Below, one piece after another: positions 8,168 through 17,870 of a stretch of DNA of 64,000 nt (positions are counted from its first letter, which is position 1; each line of letters opens with the position of its first letter). The notes under the pieces are model-generated. The model saw nothing but the letters and a program-made list of their open reading frames with translations, searched no databases and was not told the origin of the DNA. The stretch spans positions 18,079 to 82,078 of the forward strand of contig JBBTSE010000007.1 in NCBI GenBank assembly GCA_038064855.1, given 5' to 3'. The stretch is from Patescibacteria group bacterium (GTDB lineage: Bacteria > Patescibacteriota > Minisyncoccia > Ryanbacterales > GWA2-47-10b). A program made the position numbers and the translations under genes.

Positions 8168-10069
8168 ATGTATCGAGTACTTGATAGTCGTATCATCGTA
8201 GTTGCGCTCGCATGTTCTGTTTTTCTTTTTGCTGCGTTTGTAGGTTGGCGGTATGATATCTATCTTTCGGCGGTTGATGCTGGTCTTGCAGAAGTATTGA
8301 GTAGTACTGTATCTGAGGATGTAGCAGAGATGAGTGCTCTCGCGGCCGATGATGTACCGGTGACATTCGCGCCACTAGCCGCATCAGTGTTGCCCAGCAA
8401 GTATCCGAGTTTCGCGGTTAAATTTTCTGATAGCGTACTTAAACAATACCCAGTGCCCGATAGCGGCACGGTGAGTGATATAGATATCGACGCTACAGTC
8501 ATTCGCGCAGGGCGTGACCAGTGGCAACTTACGCTAAAGACTAAAGTGCGCACAATCAACCAAGTGTATTTCCCATGGGAGATGACACGCAATCCACTTA
8601 GTTCTGATCCTCTGCGCGCCGATACCGTTATTTACCATACGCTTATGTTGGGTGCGGCCCAGCAAGACAAAGGCCTCATCGAGTGGGGTTGGCAGGGTTG
8701 GGAATATCCAGGGCCTACCTATGCGCCACTGTTAGTCGCAGCCAATGATATTGAGGCAAAGATTCTTGCTGCCGCAAATTGGCCTCCGCGCACTGTCACG
8801 CCACTCTATTCGCTCAACCGTATGGTGTTGCGCTATGAGCAAGACGTACCACTCAATACGCCGACCACATACTCTGCTTTGATAGCAAAAGTAAAAAAGA
8901 AGAAGACGGCGGGTGCTGCAGAACCTTGGCAGACAGCGCTCGATAAATATCGCACGTGGCTTGACCGTCAATTGAAAATCGCGAGAATCGAAAAACCAAC
9001 ATATCCTGATTGGATCAATAATTCACACGGCTGGATTAATGTACAGCTTGAAAATCGTACCGCGTTTAATAGCAACGATCTCCAGACTCTTTGGAATAAA
9101 ACTCACAAATATTTTCCTTGGATGCAGTTTTGGGGTCAGATGAGTACCTACGCAGGGCCGCCACAGTATGCGGTGCCGCCACCATTGCCGGGCGAATTGG
9201 TCGGTTGTTGTATTGATATGAGTCAGATGCACTCTCGTTATCTTCCTACGCTGCCGACATTTGCGGCATCGACCACGGCGGCTGGTGGACGCATAGGATA
9301 TTATTCACGGCCACATTTGATTACCGAGGGTGGTCCACTCTTTAATCCTGATGGTACGGAAAATACTGCCAACACCGCGCATCTTCTTGATTGGGTTGCG
9401 CGCAATCGCGACGAGTATAAGGCCAATGCACATTATCTCGATATTTACGCGCGTCAAGATTTTGGCGACATGCTCTCTGTCGCGCGCCTATTGCAAGATC
9501 GGTTGCCCGCAGAGTCTGTCATCGAGGGCGTGCACGATATCTATCCGCGCGCATTTTTGATCAGCGGTTTTGTAAACGACGCAAACGATACGATCGATCC
9601 TGCCGGAACGCGCACGCGCTTTCCGAGTTTTGGGCGTTACTTACTCAATAGTCAGCCGATGTTTTTGGGGGAGTCAAACGGTGGCCACGCGTATTGGGGG
9701 GTGGCGAATAGTTATGTTTTAGAACGCCAAGCATTTTTACTCGGCGCGAAACTCGACATCATGCGTCCATTTGAGACAGGTCAGGAAGTAGCTGGAGTAC
9801 TCAATGTGGCGGTACAAATGATCGTTGAAAAACGCAATGAAAAAAACTGGTGGGCGCGCAACCCTGTCTATATGTACCGTGTCGGTATTTCTAATATTCC
9901 CGCAGGCGTTGATGTTAGACACTTCAAAGGCAAGAGTAGAGAAGATTTATTCGTGATTGATAACTGGCAACAGCAAGTAGGTCTTTCGTTTACCTATAAA
10001 AATCGCCCGCTCGCAATTCCTACCGACAAGCTCTCAATCCTTGTCTGGCGTGGCGGCAAGCTTGAGTAA
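8168..10069 (+). CDS. Large membrane-anchored extracellular protein, possible glycoside-hydrolase-like barrel
   Basis: 633 aa ORF, N-terminal TM, W/Y-rich, HYLD and IEG motifs. Confidence 0.6.
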   Translation: MYRVLDSRIIVVALACSVFLFAAFVGWRYDIYLSAVDAGLAEVLSSTVSEDVAEMSALAADDVPVTFAPLAASVLPSKYPSFAVKFSDSVLKQYPVPDSGTVSDIDIDATVIRAGRDQWQLTLKTKVRTINQVYFPWEMTRNPLSSDPLRADTVIYHTLMLGAAQQDKGLIEWGWQGWEYPGPTYAPLLVAANDIEAKILAAANWPPRTVTPLYSLNRMVLRYEQDVPLNTPTTYSALIAKVKKKKTAGAAEPWQTALDKYRTWLDRQLKIARIEKPTYPDWINNSHGWINVQLENRTAFNSNDLQTLWNKTHKYFPWMQFWGQMSTYAGPPQYAVPPPLPGELVGCCIDMSQMHSRYLPTLPTFAASTTAAGGRIGYYSRPHLITEGGPLFNPDGTENTANTAHLLDWVARNRDEYKANAHYLDIYARQDFGDMLSVARLLQDRLPAESVIEGVHDIYPRAFLISGFVNDANDTIDPAGTRTRFPSFGRYLLNSQPMFLGESNGGHAYWGVANSYVLERQAFLLGAKLDIMRPFETGQEVAGVLNVAVQMIVEKRNEKNWWARNPVYMYRVGISNIPAGVDVRHFKGKSREDLFVIDNWQQQVGLSFTYKNRPLAIPTDKLSILVWRGGKLE

Positions 10070-10099
10070 GACGACACTTTGCCGTATGATTGCCCGATA

Positions 10100-11242
10100 A
10101 TGTTTTCTTTTCGTATCACAAAAAAATCAAAAAAATCCCGAGCTCGACTCGGGATTTTGCGCACCGCTCACGGCGAGATTGAGACGCCCGCGTTCGTACC
10201 GGTAGCTACGCGCGCGGTTGTCAAAACGCTGACATCAAAAGACGCACTCGCAGCTGGCGCGCAGCTTTTGATTGCCAATACTTTTCATCTTCATCTGCGC
10301 CCTGGTGAAAAAACAGTTGCGCGCGCGGGCGGGCTTCACAAGTTTATGCAGTGGCCACGGCCGCTCATGACTGACTCGGGCGGGTTTCAAGTATTTAGTC
10401 TCGGGTTCGGACAGGATTTTGGTACGGGCAAAATGCTCAAAGAAAAAAGCAATAAAGTGATCAAAACCGGCCAACAGCCGCAAAAATTGCGCATCACTGA
10501 CGCAGGTGTCGAGTTTCGCTCACCGATTGATGGCGCCAAGATTTTTATTGGTCCGCGTGAATCGATGCGCATCCAAGAACAGCTCGGCGCTGATATTATT
10601 TTTGCCTTTGACGAATGTACCTCGCCCATTGCCGACCATGCGTATACCGAGCGGTCGCTCGAGCGCAGTCACCTGTGGGCTACACTTTGTCTCAAATATA
10701 AAAAGAAGACATCAAAGCAGGCTCTCTACGGCATTGTGCAGGGTGGCAAGTTTGAGGATTTGCGCCGTGCGAGCGCGCGTTTTACGGGCGCGTTGCCGTT
10801 TGATGGTATTGGTATCGGTGGCGAGTTTGGCGATGACAAGAGTGCTATGACGCGTATGGTCGGTTGGGTAGTCGATGAGCTACCTGAAGATAAACCGCGC
10901 CATCTCCTCGGCATTGGCTACCCTGAAGACATTGTACCGATTATCAAAGCGGGCGCGGACACTTTTGATTGTATCGTGCCGACGCACTACGCACGCCGCG
11001 GGTTTGCGTATACCAGTACCGGCAAGCTTGATATGAAGAAAGTCGCATACCTCAAAGATCAAAAGCCTCTTGATAAAAAATGCGCGTGCGAAGTATGCAA
11101 GACCTATTCGCGTTCGTATATTACACACCTCTGGCGCGCGGGCGAGATGACCGCGATGTCACTGCTCTCGATGCACAATCTGTTTTATTTCAACGCTACG
11201 GTCGCGCGCGTGCGTGATGAGATTCGCGCGGGGTGTATCTAA
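10100..11242 (+). CDS. tgt: tRNA-guanine transglycosylase Tgt
   Basis: TPAFVPVAT, NTFHL, TDSGGFQVFSL, FDEC, GIVQGG, KPRHLLG, CxCxxC...HN Zn site. Confidence 0.97.
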   Translation: MFSFRITKKSKKSRARLGILRTAHGEIETPAFVPVATRAVVKTLTSKDALAAGAQLLIANTFHLHLRPGEKTVARAGGLHKFMQWPRPLMTDSGGFQVFSLGFGQDFGTGKMLKEKSNKVIKTGQQPQKLRITDAGVEFRSPIDGAKIFIGPRESMRIQEQLGADIIFAFDECTSPIADHAYTERSLERSHLWATLCLKYKKKTSKQALYGIVQGGKFEDLRRASARFTGALPFDGIGIGGEFGDDKSAMTRMVGWVVDELPEDKPRHLLGIGYPEDIVPIIKAGADTFDCIVPTHYARRGFAYTSTGKLDMKKVAYLKDQKPLDKKCACEVCKTYSRSYITHLWRAGEMTAMSLLSMHNLFYFNATVARVRDEIRAGCI

Positions 11243-11285
11243 GTGTTGCCAAAACACCACTCGGCATAGCATTATAGAAGACACA

Positions 11286-11624
11286 ATGATCTCATACGAA
11301 GATTTTATAAAGACAGAACTGCGCGTAGGTACTATCCGTGCCGCTGAGCGCGTTGAAGGTTCTGATAAGTTGATTCGTTTTTCAGTCGATGTAGGCGAGA
11401 CTGACGAGGCAGGTATCGAAAAACCTCGCCAGATTGTAGCGGGCATCGGCAAAGGGTATACACCCGAAGATTTGATTAGTCGTCAGATTGTGGTGGTTAT
11501 CAACCTTGAACCAAGAAAACTTATGGGGCTAGAGAGCCAGGGTATGTTGTTGGCCGCAGGTGCCGATGTGCCGGTGCTCTTAACTCCTGATAGAGAGGTA
11601 CCACCGGGCTCTACCATAAAATAA
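11286..11624 (+). CDS. Stand-alone tRNA-binding OB-fold protein (MetG C-terminal/Trbp111-like)
   Basis: ISYEDF...LRVGTI...GSDKL...RQIVAGI...NLEPRKLMGLESQGMLLA. Confidence 0.92.
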   Translation: MISYEDFIKTELRVGTIRAAERVEGSDKLIRFSVDVGETDEAGIEKPRQIVAGIGKGYTPEDLISRQIVVVINLEPRKLMGLESQGMLLAAGADVPVLLTPDREVPPGSTIK

Positions 11625-11629
11625 TTTTT

Positions 11630-12358
11630 ATGAAAGCACTCGACATACAAAATTTGCGTAAATCGTACGGATCTACCGATGCGGTCAAAGAAATCTCGTT
11701 CTCAATAGAGCCGGGGGAGTTTTTCGGTTTCCTAGGCCCTAATGGCGCGGGTAAGACGACAACGATCAAATGCACAACTGGCATTGCGTCATTTCAGGGC
11801 GGTACCATCAAAGTGTTTGGTATCGATGTAGTGGCAGATTATCGCGAGGCGCGCAAAAAGATTGGTCTGGCGCCTCAAGATTTCAATGTCGATATTTTTG
11901 CGACTGCGTATGATATTTTGTGGTATGTAGGTGGTTATTATGGCATCTCAAGCGCTTCGCGTAAAAAGAGTGTTGATGATGTACTCGAACGCTTTGAGCT
12001 CGGTGTGCATAGTAAAAAAAGTTTTATGGAGCTTTCAGGGGGGCTCAAGCGCCGCGTAATGCTCGCGCGCGCCATGGTACACAATCCCGATCTTTTGATC
12101 CTCGATGAGCCGACCGCTGGCGTGGATGTTGAGATGCGTCATGACTTGTGGCGATATCTACAAGATCTCAATAAAGCCGGCAAGACTATTTTACTTACTT
12201 CACATTATTTAGAAGAGGTAGAGTTTTTGTGCAACCGTATCGCGATTATCAATGGTGGTAAAATCGCAGCAATAGGGGACAAGAGCGAGTTTACCTCGGG
12301 TGGCAGAAAACTTGAACAGACATACTTGGAAATTACCAAAGACGGCAAATCATTATGA
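11630..12358 (+). CDS. ABC transporter ATP-binding protein (YadG-like)
   Basis: GPNGAGKTT, LSGGLKRR, LILDEPTAGVD, SHY. Confidence 0.95.
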   Translation: MKALDIQNLRKSYGSTDAVKEISFSIEPGEFFGFLGPNGAGKTTTIKCTTGIASFQGGTIKVFGIDVVADYREARKKIGLAPQDFNVDIFATAYDILWYVGGYYGISSASRKKSVDDVLERFELGVHSKKSFMELSGGLKRRVMLARAMVHNPDLLILDEPTAGVDVEMRHDLWRYLQDLNKAGKTILLTSHYLEEVEFLCNRIAIINGGKIAAIGDKSEFTSGGRKLEQTYLEITKDGKSL

Positions 12359-13125
12359 ACAAGCCAAACTGGATAGGATTACAAACATTTGTCGCACGCG
12401 AGACGGGGCGCATGTTTCGCGTATGGATTCAGACGCTTGGCGCACCGTGGATTTCCGCACTTCTCTATATTTTAATTTTTGGGCATATCGTAGGTCAGCG
12501 CATTGATACGATCGCGGGCGTGTCGTACATCGATTTTGTGCTACCAGGCATTGTGATGATGAATATTATGAACTCGGCATTTTCGCATACCTCGACATCG
12601 CTCTACATTATGAAATGGTTTCGTTCCATCGATGAGCTTTTGGTAGCACCACTCTCGTATCTTGAGATGATTATCGGATTTTTGGCAGGAGGCGTCGTGC
12701 GAGGCGTCATCGTAGGTGCCGGTGTATATGCTATCGGCGTATTCTTTACACAAGCAACTATTGCTCACTTTTTCTTGATGCTGATCTATGCTGCGGCCAT
12801 CTCGACCATTTTCTCACTCGCGGGTATGTTGGTCGCGTTGTGGGCGAAAAATTTTGAGCAACTTTCATTGCCCAGTATTTTCATTATTACTCCACTAACT
12901 TTTTTGGGCGGGGTATTTAACTCAATACACATGATGCCGCCATTTCTCCAGTGGATTGTGCGTCTCAATCCGTTCTTCTATTTTGTTGATGGGCTCCGCT
13001 ATACGATGCTTGGCATTTCCGAATCAAATATGCTTGTGGGTATGACACTCACCGTAGGACTCATCCTCGGCCTCGGCTACTGGGTGTGGTATCTCTTCAA
13101 GATTGGGTATAAGATCCGCGAATAA
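12355..13125 (+). CDS. ABC-2 type permease (YadH-like)
   Basis: YIDFVLPG, PLTFLGGVF, NPFFYFVDGLRY; ATGA overlap with the ATPase gene. Confidence 0.93.
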   Translation: MNKPNWIGLQTFVARETGRMFRVWIQTLGAPWISALLYILIFGHIVGQRIDTIAGVSYIDFVLPGIVMMNIMNSAFSHTSTSLYIMKWFRSIDELLVAPLSYLEMIIGFLAGGVVRGVIVGAGVYAIGVFFTQATIAHFFLMLIYAAAISTIFSLAGMLVALWAKNFEQLSLPSIFIITPLTFLGGVFNSIHMMPPFLQWIVRLNPFFYFVDGLRYTMLGISESNMLVGMTLTVGLILGLGYWVWYLFKIGYKIRE

Positions 13126-13234
13126 AAAATCTTGACAAATAGGCTGATTATCAGTCTATTTTTTAACGCTTGGACGCGAGACGGCCTTTTTTGCTAGTCT
13201 ATGGGTAATCGCTTACCAGCTTTCTTAACTTGCT

Positions 13235-15235
13235 ATGAATAAAAAAATCCTCATTGTCCTTGTCGTACTTTTTGTATCAATTGGCGGGTATTGGTATGTG
13301 GGCAGCAATAAAAACGCGCCCGAAGAAAAACTCATTATTGACCCTATAGCGACTGATACCAAGTTCACTGGCAATCAGGTTATCGCCACGGACCACAAGA
13401 TGGTGTTGCAAAAAGGCGCATCGGTTGCGGTTGAGGGTGATCTCAAGATTGATGGTGTACTCTCGTGCGATGATGGCCCCATAATGATATCGGTCACGGG
13501 TGCGCTCGAGGTCAATCAGCGCATCGAATGTATGCGGCCTGACAATAGTACTGACGGCTCAGGCGTGTTGCTCGTGGTCGCCGGTCCCGTGACATTTAGT
13601 AAGGATGCCGAGGTTATATCAAACGGTTCGGTGCAGATTGTCTCGAGCGTATCTGCGGCGAAAAAGACGCAAGGCGAGATTGATGCGCTCTTTATCGAGG
13701 CGGGTACCAACACGGGTGCGGGTACGCGCGTAGGTCCGTTTATCGAAGGTGCGACGCAAAAGATTAGTCTCAACGGCCAACCGATAGATTTTTCATCACT
13801 TGGTTTGATTCGCGAGGCGCATGCACAGGGTGCGCGCGATAAAGACGGTAATCTGTTGCCTCAAGTATTGTTGAGCGGTCGGTGGACTGTTGGCAATGGA
13901 GGCGCCTCACCAAGTGGCGTCTCGGTGCCTACGCCACCAAAAGATATTAAAAAGATTTTGCTCAATTTTGATTTCGGAGACAAGGGCAATGTCGCGATAA
14001 AAGATTTTCACCTACTCGGCCCCGATGGTAGAGACGGCGATGATGACATCGGCAAGTCATGTAGCGCGCGCGGTAGCAAAGGTGAAGACGCATTTCGCAT
14101 GCGTGTGAACGCGGCAAATATCACGATTGATAATTTTAGGTTAGAACTCGGTGACGGCGGCAAGGGAGGGGATGCGGAAACTACTGCTGATTGCGATCCG
14201 GGCCAGGCGACCGGTGGCGCAGGCGGTGCTGCTGGCAATTTCAAAATGACAGCCGGCGACAAGATTGTCATCAATAGTTTTCATATCGTACCAGGCGTGG
14301 GTGGTCAGGGCGGTTTTGCCACAGCCATCGGTAAGCCCGGTACTGACGCATGCCCCGGTAGCAAAGGTGGCGACGCGATTGCCACGGGCGGCGATGGTGG
14401 CAAAAATAAAAAAGAACTTGCGGCCTTGGGTGCAGTAGAGGGTCTCGCGAGTGTGGTGGTTGAAAAAGTCGAAGGCGGTGAAGGTGGTTTGGCTGTCGCC
14501 AAGCCTGGCAAGGGCGGCAACGGTAGCGGATGCAAATGCCATGGTGGCAAAGGTGGCAGTGCCAATGCGACCGGCGGCAAAGGAGGTGACGCTTCACTAA
14601 AAGTGACTGGTGCAGCGGGTGAAGCAGTAGGTGGCGATGGTGGCGATGCCAATGCACGCGCGGCTGAAGGTGGCGTTGGCGGCAGCTGCCCGCTCAAACC
14701 GAAAGGTGGTAGTGGCGGCAACGGTGGCAATGCGGTCGCCAAGATAGGCAAGGCAGGCAAAGGAACTACTGGTGACGGTGCCGATGGCATCGTGCAAGAC
14801 GAGACGGGTGGCAATGGCGGCAAAGGCGGTGACGGTTGCGGACCTGGCGGCGGCGGCAAAGGCGGCCTCGGCAAGCCCAATGGCGCTGACGGCAAACCAG
14901 GCGCACTCAAATGCCCTGAAGACAAGAAATCTCCCCCGCCTCCCATGACTGATCCACGCATATCTCCTCCTCCACCAGCAGGAGATACTACGGGTGGAAC
15001 TGGCACGGATATAATAGAAGTCCAAAAAAAGAAAATAAAAGTAATCCAATACAACGGCAAATATTTGCCCGTAGATCAATTAAAAATTGAAAGTGAAGTT
15101 GGCTGTGGCGCTGATCATTGGCATGCGCTAGAGGGTTTGGTAGTAGCCACCGACGGTACGCGCGTGCAAGACCCCGGCCCACAATGCGGCTACGGCAAAA
15201 CCAGCGAAAAGCCCACCATGAATATAGAAATATAA
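13235..15235 (+). CDS. Membrane-anchored glycine-rich surface protein
   Basis: N-terminal TM, beta-rich region, ~300 aa of GGxGGxG repeats with Cys, Pro-rich linker, C-terminal domain with CGADHWH...CGYG. Confidence 0.85.
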   Translation: MNKKILIVLVVLFVSIGGYWYVGSNKNAPEEKLIIDPIATDTKFTGNQVIATDHKMVLQKGASVAVEGDLKIDGVLSCDDGPIMISVTGALEVNQRIECMRPDNSTDGSGVLLVVAGPVTFSKDAEVISNGSVQIVSSVSAAKKTQGEIDALFIEAGTNTGAGTRVGPFIEGATQKISLNGQPIDFSSLGLIREAHAQGARDKDGNLLPQVLLSGRWTVGNGGASPSGVSVPTPPKDIKKILLNFDFGDKGNVAIKDFHLLGPDGRDGDDDIGKSCSARGSKGEDAFRMRVNAANITIDNFRLELGDGGKGGDAETTADCDPGQATGGAGGAAGNFKMTAGDKIVINSFHIVPGVGGQGGFATAIGKPGTDACPGSKGGDAIATGGDGGKNKKELAALGAVEGLASVVVEKVEGGEGGLAVAKPGKGGNGSGCKCHGGKGGSANATGGKGGDASLKVTGAAGEAVGGDGGDANARAAEGGVGGSCPLKPKGGSGGNGGNAVAKIGKAGKGTTGDGADGIVQDETGGNGGKGGDGCGPGGGGKGGLGKPNGADGKPGALKCPEDKKSPPPPMTDPRISPPPPAGDTTGGTGTDIIEVQKKKIKVIQYNGKYLPVDQLKIESEVGCGADHWHALEGLVVATDGTRVQDPGPQCGYGKTSEKPTMNIEI

Positions 15236-15238
15236 CGC

Positions 15239-15928
15239 ATGCGCAAAGTCGCGGTATTTGATGTCGACGGTACGATCTTTCGCTCAAGCTTACTCATTGA
15301 GCTTGTCGATACGCTGATCGCAGAACGCGTATTTCCCAAGAGTGCCGCGCGCGTATATGCCAAGGCAAAAGTTGATTGGCTTGATCGTAAGGGTGACTAC
15401 GAGGCATACATCATGGCGGTGGTGCGTGCGTTTACTCTTCATATCCGCGGATTATCATCAGACAAATTATTGCGCATCTCGCAACAGGTGATTGATATAC
15501 ATAAGCACCGTACCTACCGCTTTACGCGTGAACTATTGAGCGAGTTAGGGCGCAAAAATTATTTTTTACTTGCGATCTCAAATTCACCAAAAGATATTTT
15601 GGATTTGTTTTGTCGCGAGTATGGTTTTGATAAAGTGTACGGTCGTATGTACGAGCTTGACGGCAAGGGTAGGTTTACGGGCAAGGTACTCAATGCGGAT
15701 CTAGCGACTGATAAGGCAAAACTTCTTCTACGCGCGGTCGCCAAAGAAAATCTCACCCTCAAGGGTTCGGTGGGGGTAGGGGATACGGAGGCGGATATCC
15801 CAGTACTCAAAAAAGTAGATCGCGCTATTTGTTTTAATCCAAATAAAAAAATGTATCAGGCGGCTCGGCGCAATGGTTGGGAGATTGTTGTCGAGCGCAA
15901 AGATATGATATATAAGCTTTCTGCATAA
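15239..15928 (+). CDS. HAD-superfamily subfamily IB hydrolase
   Basis: FDVDGT, ISNSP, K, GDTEAD, NP. Confidence 0.92.
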   Translation: MRKVAVFDVDGTIFRSSLLIELVDTLIAERVFPKSAARVYAKAKVDWLDRKGDYEAYIMAVVRAFTLHIRGLSSDKLLRISQQVIDIHKHRTYRFTRELLSELGRKNYFLLAISNSPKDILDLFCREYGFDKVYGRMYELDGKGRFTGKVLNADLATDKAKLLLRAVAKENLTLKGSVGVGDTEADIPVLKKVDRAICFNPNKKMYQAARRNGWEIVVERKDMIYKLSA

Positions 15929-15936
15929 AAAGTGAA

Positions 15937-15968
15937 AGCCGCTTACGATCTGATGATCGTAAGCGGCT
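15937..15968. terminator. Strong hairpin/terminator between convergent genes
   Basis: Perfect 14-bp stem AGCCGCTTACGATC-TGAT-GATCGTAAGCGGCT, A-rich on the left side. Confidence 0.75.
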
Positions 15969-15996
15969 GGGGCGGGCTTGCTCGCCTTGGGCGAGG

Positions 15997-16215
15997 TCAA
16001 AAGTTGGCGAGGCATCCGCGGCACAGCACCCGCTGGGGGAATCTGCGCAGAAGGCCGCGCTTGAGCGGCAGGGCGTGCTCTACGCAGTTACCAAGTCGTT
16101 CGGGTCCAAGGGGCTTAGCATGTGCGTCTGGTTGGATGCAGAGCGTACTGCATTCTTCGGTGGCCTTGCTATGGTTGGGGCACGGCGGTTCCTCGTACTC
16201 GCTTTGTTTTGCCAA
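15997..16215 (-). CDS. Small Cys/His-rich putative metal-binding protein
   Basis: CPNH, C-x3-C, CVEH, CRGC; SD GAGGAGG before TTG; own promoter and terminator. Confidence 0.6.
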   Translation of the reverse strand: MAKQSEYEEPPCPNHSKATEECSTLCIQPDAHAKPLGPERLGNCVEHALPLKRGLLRRFPQRVLCRGCLANF

Positions 16216-16239
16216 AGTACCATCCTCCTCTATAGAAGC

Positions 16240-16268
16240 ACTATACTATATTTTTAACTAAAAGTCAA
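16240..16268 (-). promoter_or_regulatory. Sigma-70 promoter
   Basis: TTGACT-17 bp-TATAGT on the minus strand. Confidence 0.7.
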
Positions 16269-16308
16269 TAGTCAAACATGCTTATTTTTTGGCATGATAG
16301 TCATATTC

Positions 16309-17055
16309 ATGACTGAAATCTCCATCAAAGCAGAGGAACTTTTTCATATCGGCACATTTTCTGTGACGAATTCTTTTTTGCTTTCGGTCATTACGCTTGT
16401 CGTTTTGTTATTTGTAGCAATGCTCGTATATAGAAAGATTTCGATTATACCTGGCAAGCTACAGAGTATGTTTGAGCTTTTGATGGAGTGGCTCTTGGGT
16501 GTCATGGATTCGGTTTTTGGCAACCGTCATGCCTCAGAAAAATATTTTCCACTTATCGCGACTATTTTTTTGTTTATCATGATTTCCAATTGGTTCGGCC
16601 TTTTGCCCATCGTGGGTTCGCTGGGCATTCATGCGGTACATGATGGCCATCATCTGTTTGTGCCACTCTTGCGTGCGCCGGCGGCTGATCTTAATTTCAC
16701 CATCGCGCTCGCTATCATATCAGTATTCTCGATACAATTCTTTGGCGTACTCGCCATAGGTTTTACGCGTCACTTTTCAAAATATTTTACACTCAAAAAC
16801 CCCATACTGACCTTTGTGGGTCTCCTTGAATTTATCGCTGAATTTGTTAAGATAATCTCATTCTCGTTTCGACTCTTCGGCAATGTATTTGCGGGCGAGG
16901 TGCTGCTCATCATTATCGGATTTTTGGTACCGTACGGTGTGCCGCTCCCGTTTCTTTTCCTTGAAGTTTTTGTAGGATTTATTCAGGCGTTTATTTTCGC
17001 CATGCTGACAATGGTTTTTGTCGCGATGGCGGTAAACAAAGAAGCATCCCACTAA
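16309..17055 (+). CDS. atpB: ATP synthase F0 subunit a
   Basis: NWFGLLP, PAADLN, SFSFRLFGNVFAGE, FIQAFIF. Confidence 0.97.
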   Translation: MTEISIKAEELFHIGTFSVTNSFLLSVITLVVLLFVAMLVYRKISIIPGKLQSMFELLMEWLLGVMDSVFGNRHASEKYFPLIATIFLFIMISNWFGLLPIVGSLGIHAVHDGHHLFVPLLRAPAADLNFTIALAIISVFSIQFFGVLAIGFTRHFSKYFTLKNPILTFVGLLEFIAEFVKIISFSFRLFGNVFAGEVLLIIIGFLVPYGVPLPFLFLEVFVGFIQAFIFAMLTMVFVAMAVNKEASH

Positions 17056-17100
17056 GCGAGATAAAAGGTCATTACTTATCACTTTTGAAAAAATACTAAT

Positions 17101-17340
17101 ATGGAAGCAATGAGTCCCGAAGTAGTAAAAATGATGTCGATCGCATTTATCATGGGCGTAGGCACTATCGCACCCGCGATCGCAATTGGTTGGATGGGTT
17201 CTAAGGGTGTCGATGCCATGGGCCGCAACCCTGAGGCAGCACCAAAGATTCAGACTGCCATGATCTTGGCAATCGCGTTCGCAGAGGCAATCGCTATTTA
17301 TGCGCTTGTCGTATCGTTGGTCATCAAATTCGTCGAATAA
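17101..17340 (+). CDS. atpE: ATP synthase F0 subunit c
   Basis: RNPE loop; AFAEAIAIYAL with the conserved Glu. Confidence 0.97.
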   Translation: MEAMSPEVVKMMSIAFIMGVGTIAPAIAIGWMGSKGVDAMGRNPEAAPKIQTAMILAIAFAEAIAIYALVVSLVIKFVE

Positions 17341-17360
17341 CAAAATAAAAAACGCTATCT

Positions 17361-17870
17361 ATGAGTGAGCTTGCGAGCCAGCTGGGCATCAACTGGAAAC
17401 TTCTGCTATCGCAAGGAGCGAACTTTTTTGTCTTGCTTACTGCACTCACATTCTTGGTGTGGCGTCCGCTCTTGCGTATCATGCGCGATCGTCGTGAGAA
17501 GATAGAAGAAGGCTTGCATGACGCCGATGAGGCAAAGCAAAAACTCGGTGAGATTGACGCGGTTTTACACGAACGCACGCTTGAGGCGGACAAACAGGCG
17601 TTTGCTATCATTCGTGGTGCAGAGCAAAAGGCAGAGGTGCGCGCCACCGATATCGTTCACAAAGCCGACACGCGCGCGGAAGAATTGCGCCGCGCGGCAC
17701 TTGAAGTGATAGCACAGCGAGAACGCGAAGAGTTTGAAAAATTTGCAGATTCCGCGCGCTCACTCGTACGCAATGCTCTTGCAAAAGCGATCGAGACTGA
17801 GCCCGCCAAGGTAGATGACAAGCTTATCAGTGAGGCGGTCACCTATATACGCAAACAAAAAGCGCTATGA
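17361..17870 (+). CDS. atpF: ATP synthase F0 subunit b
   Basis: LGINWKLLLSQGANF, RREKIEEGL, coiled coil, operon position. Confidence 0.93.
   Translation: MSELASQLGINWKLLLSQGANFFVLLTALTFLVWRPLLRIMRDRREKIEEGLHDADEAKQKLGEIDAVLHERTLEADKQAFAIIRGAEQKAEVRATDIVHKADTRAEELRRAALEVIAQREREEFEKFADSARSLVRNALAKAIETEPAKVDDKLISEAVTYIRKQKAL

Noticed and set aside
14305-15060. 251-aa Pro-rich minus-strand ORF
   Set aside because: Antisense shadow of the GGC/GGT repeats of the Gly-rich gene
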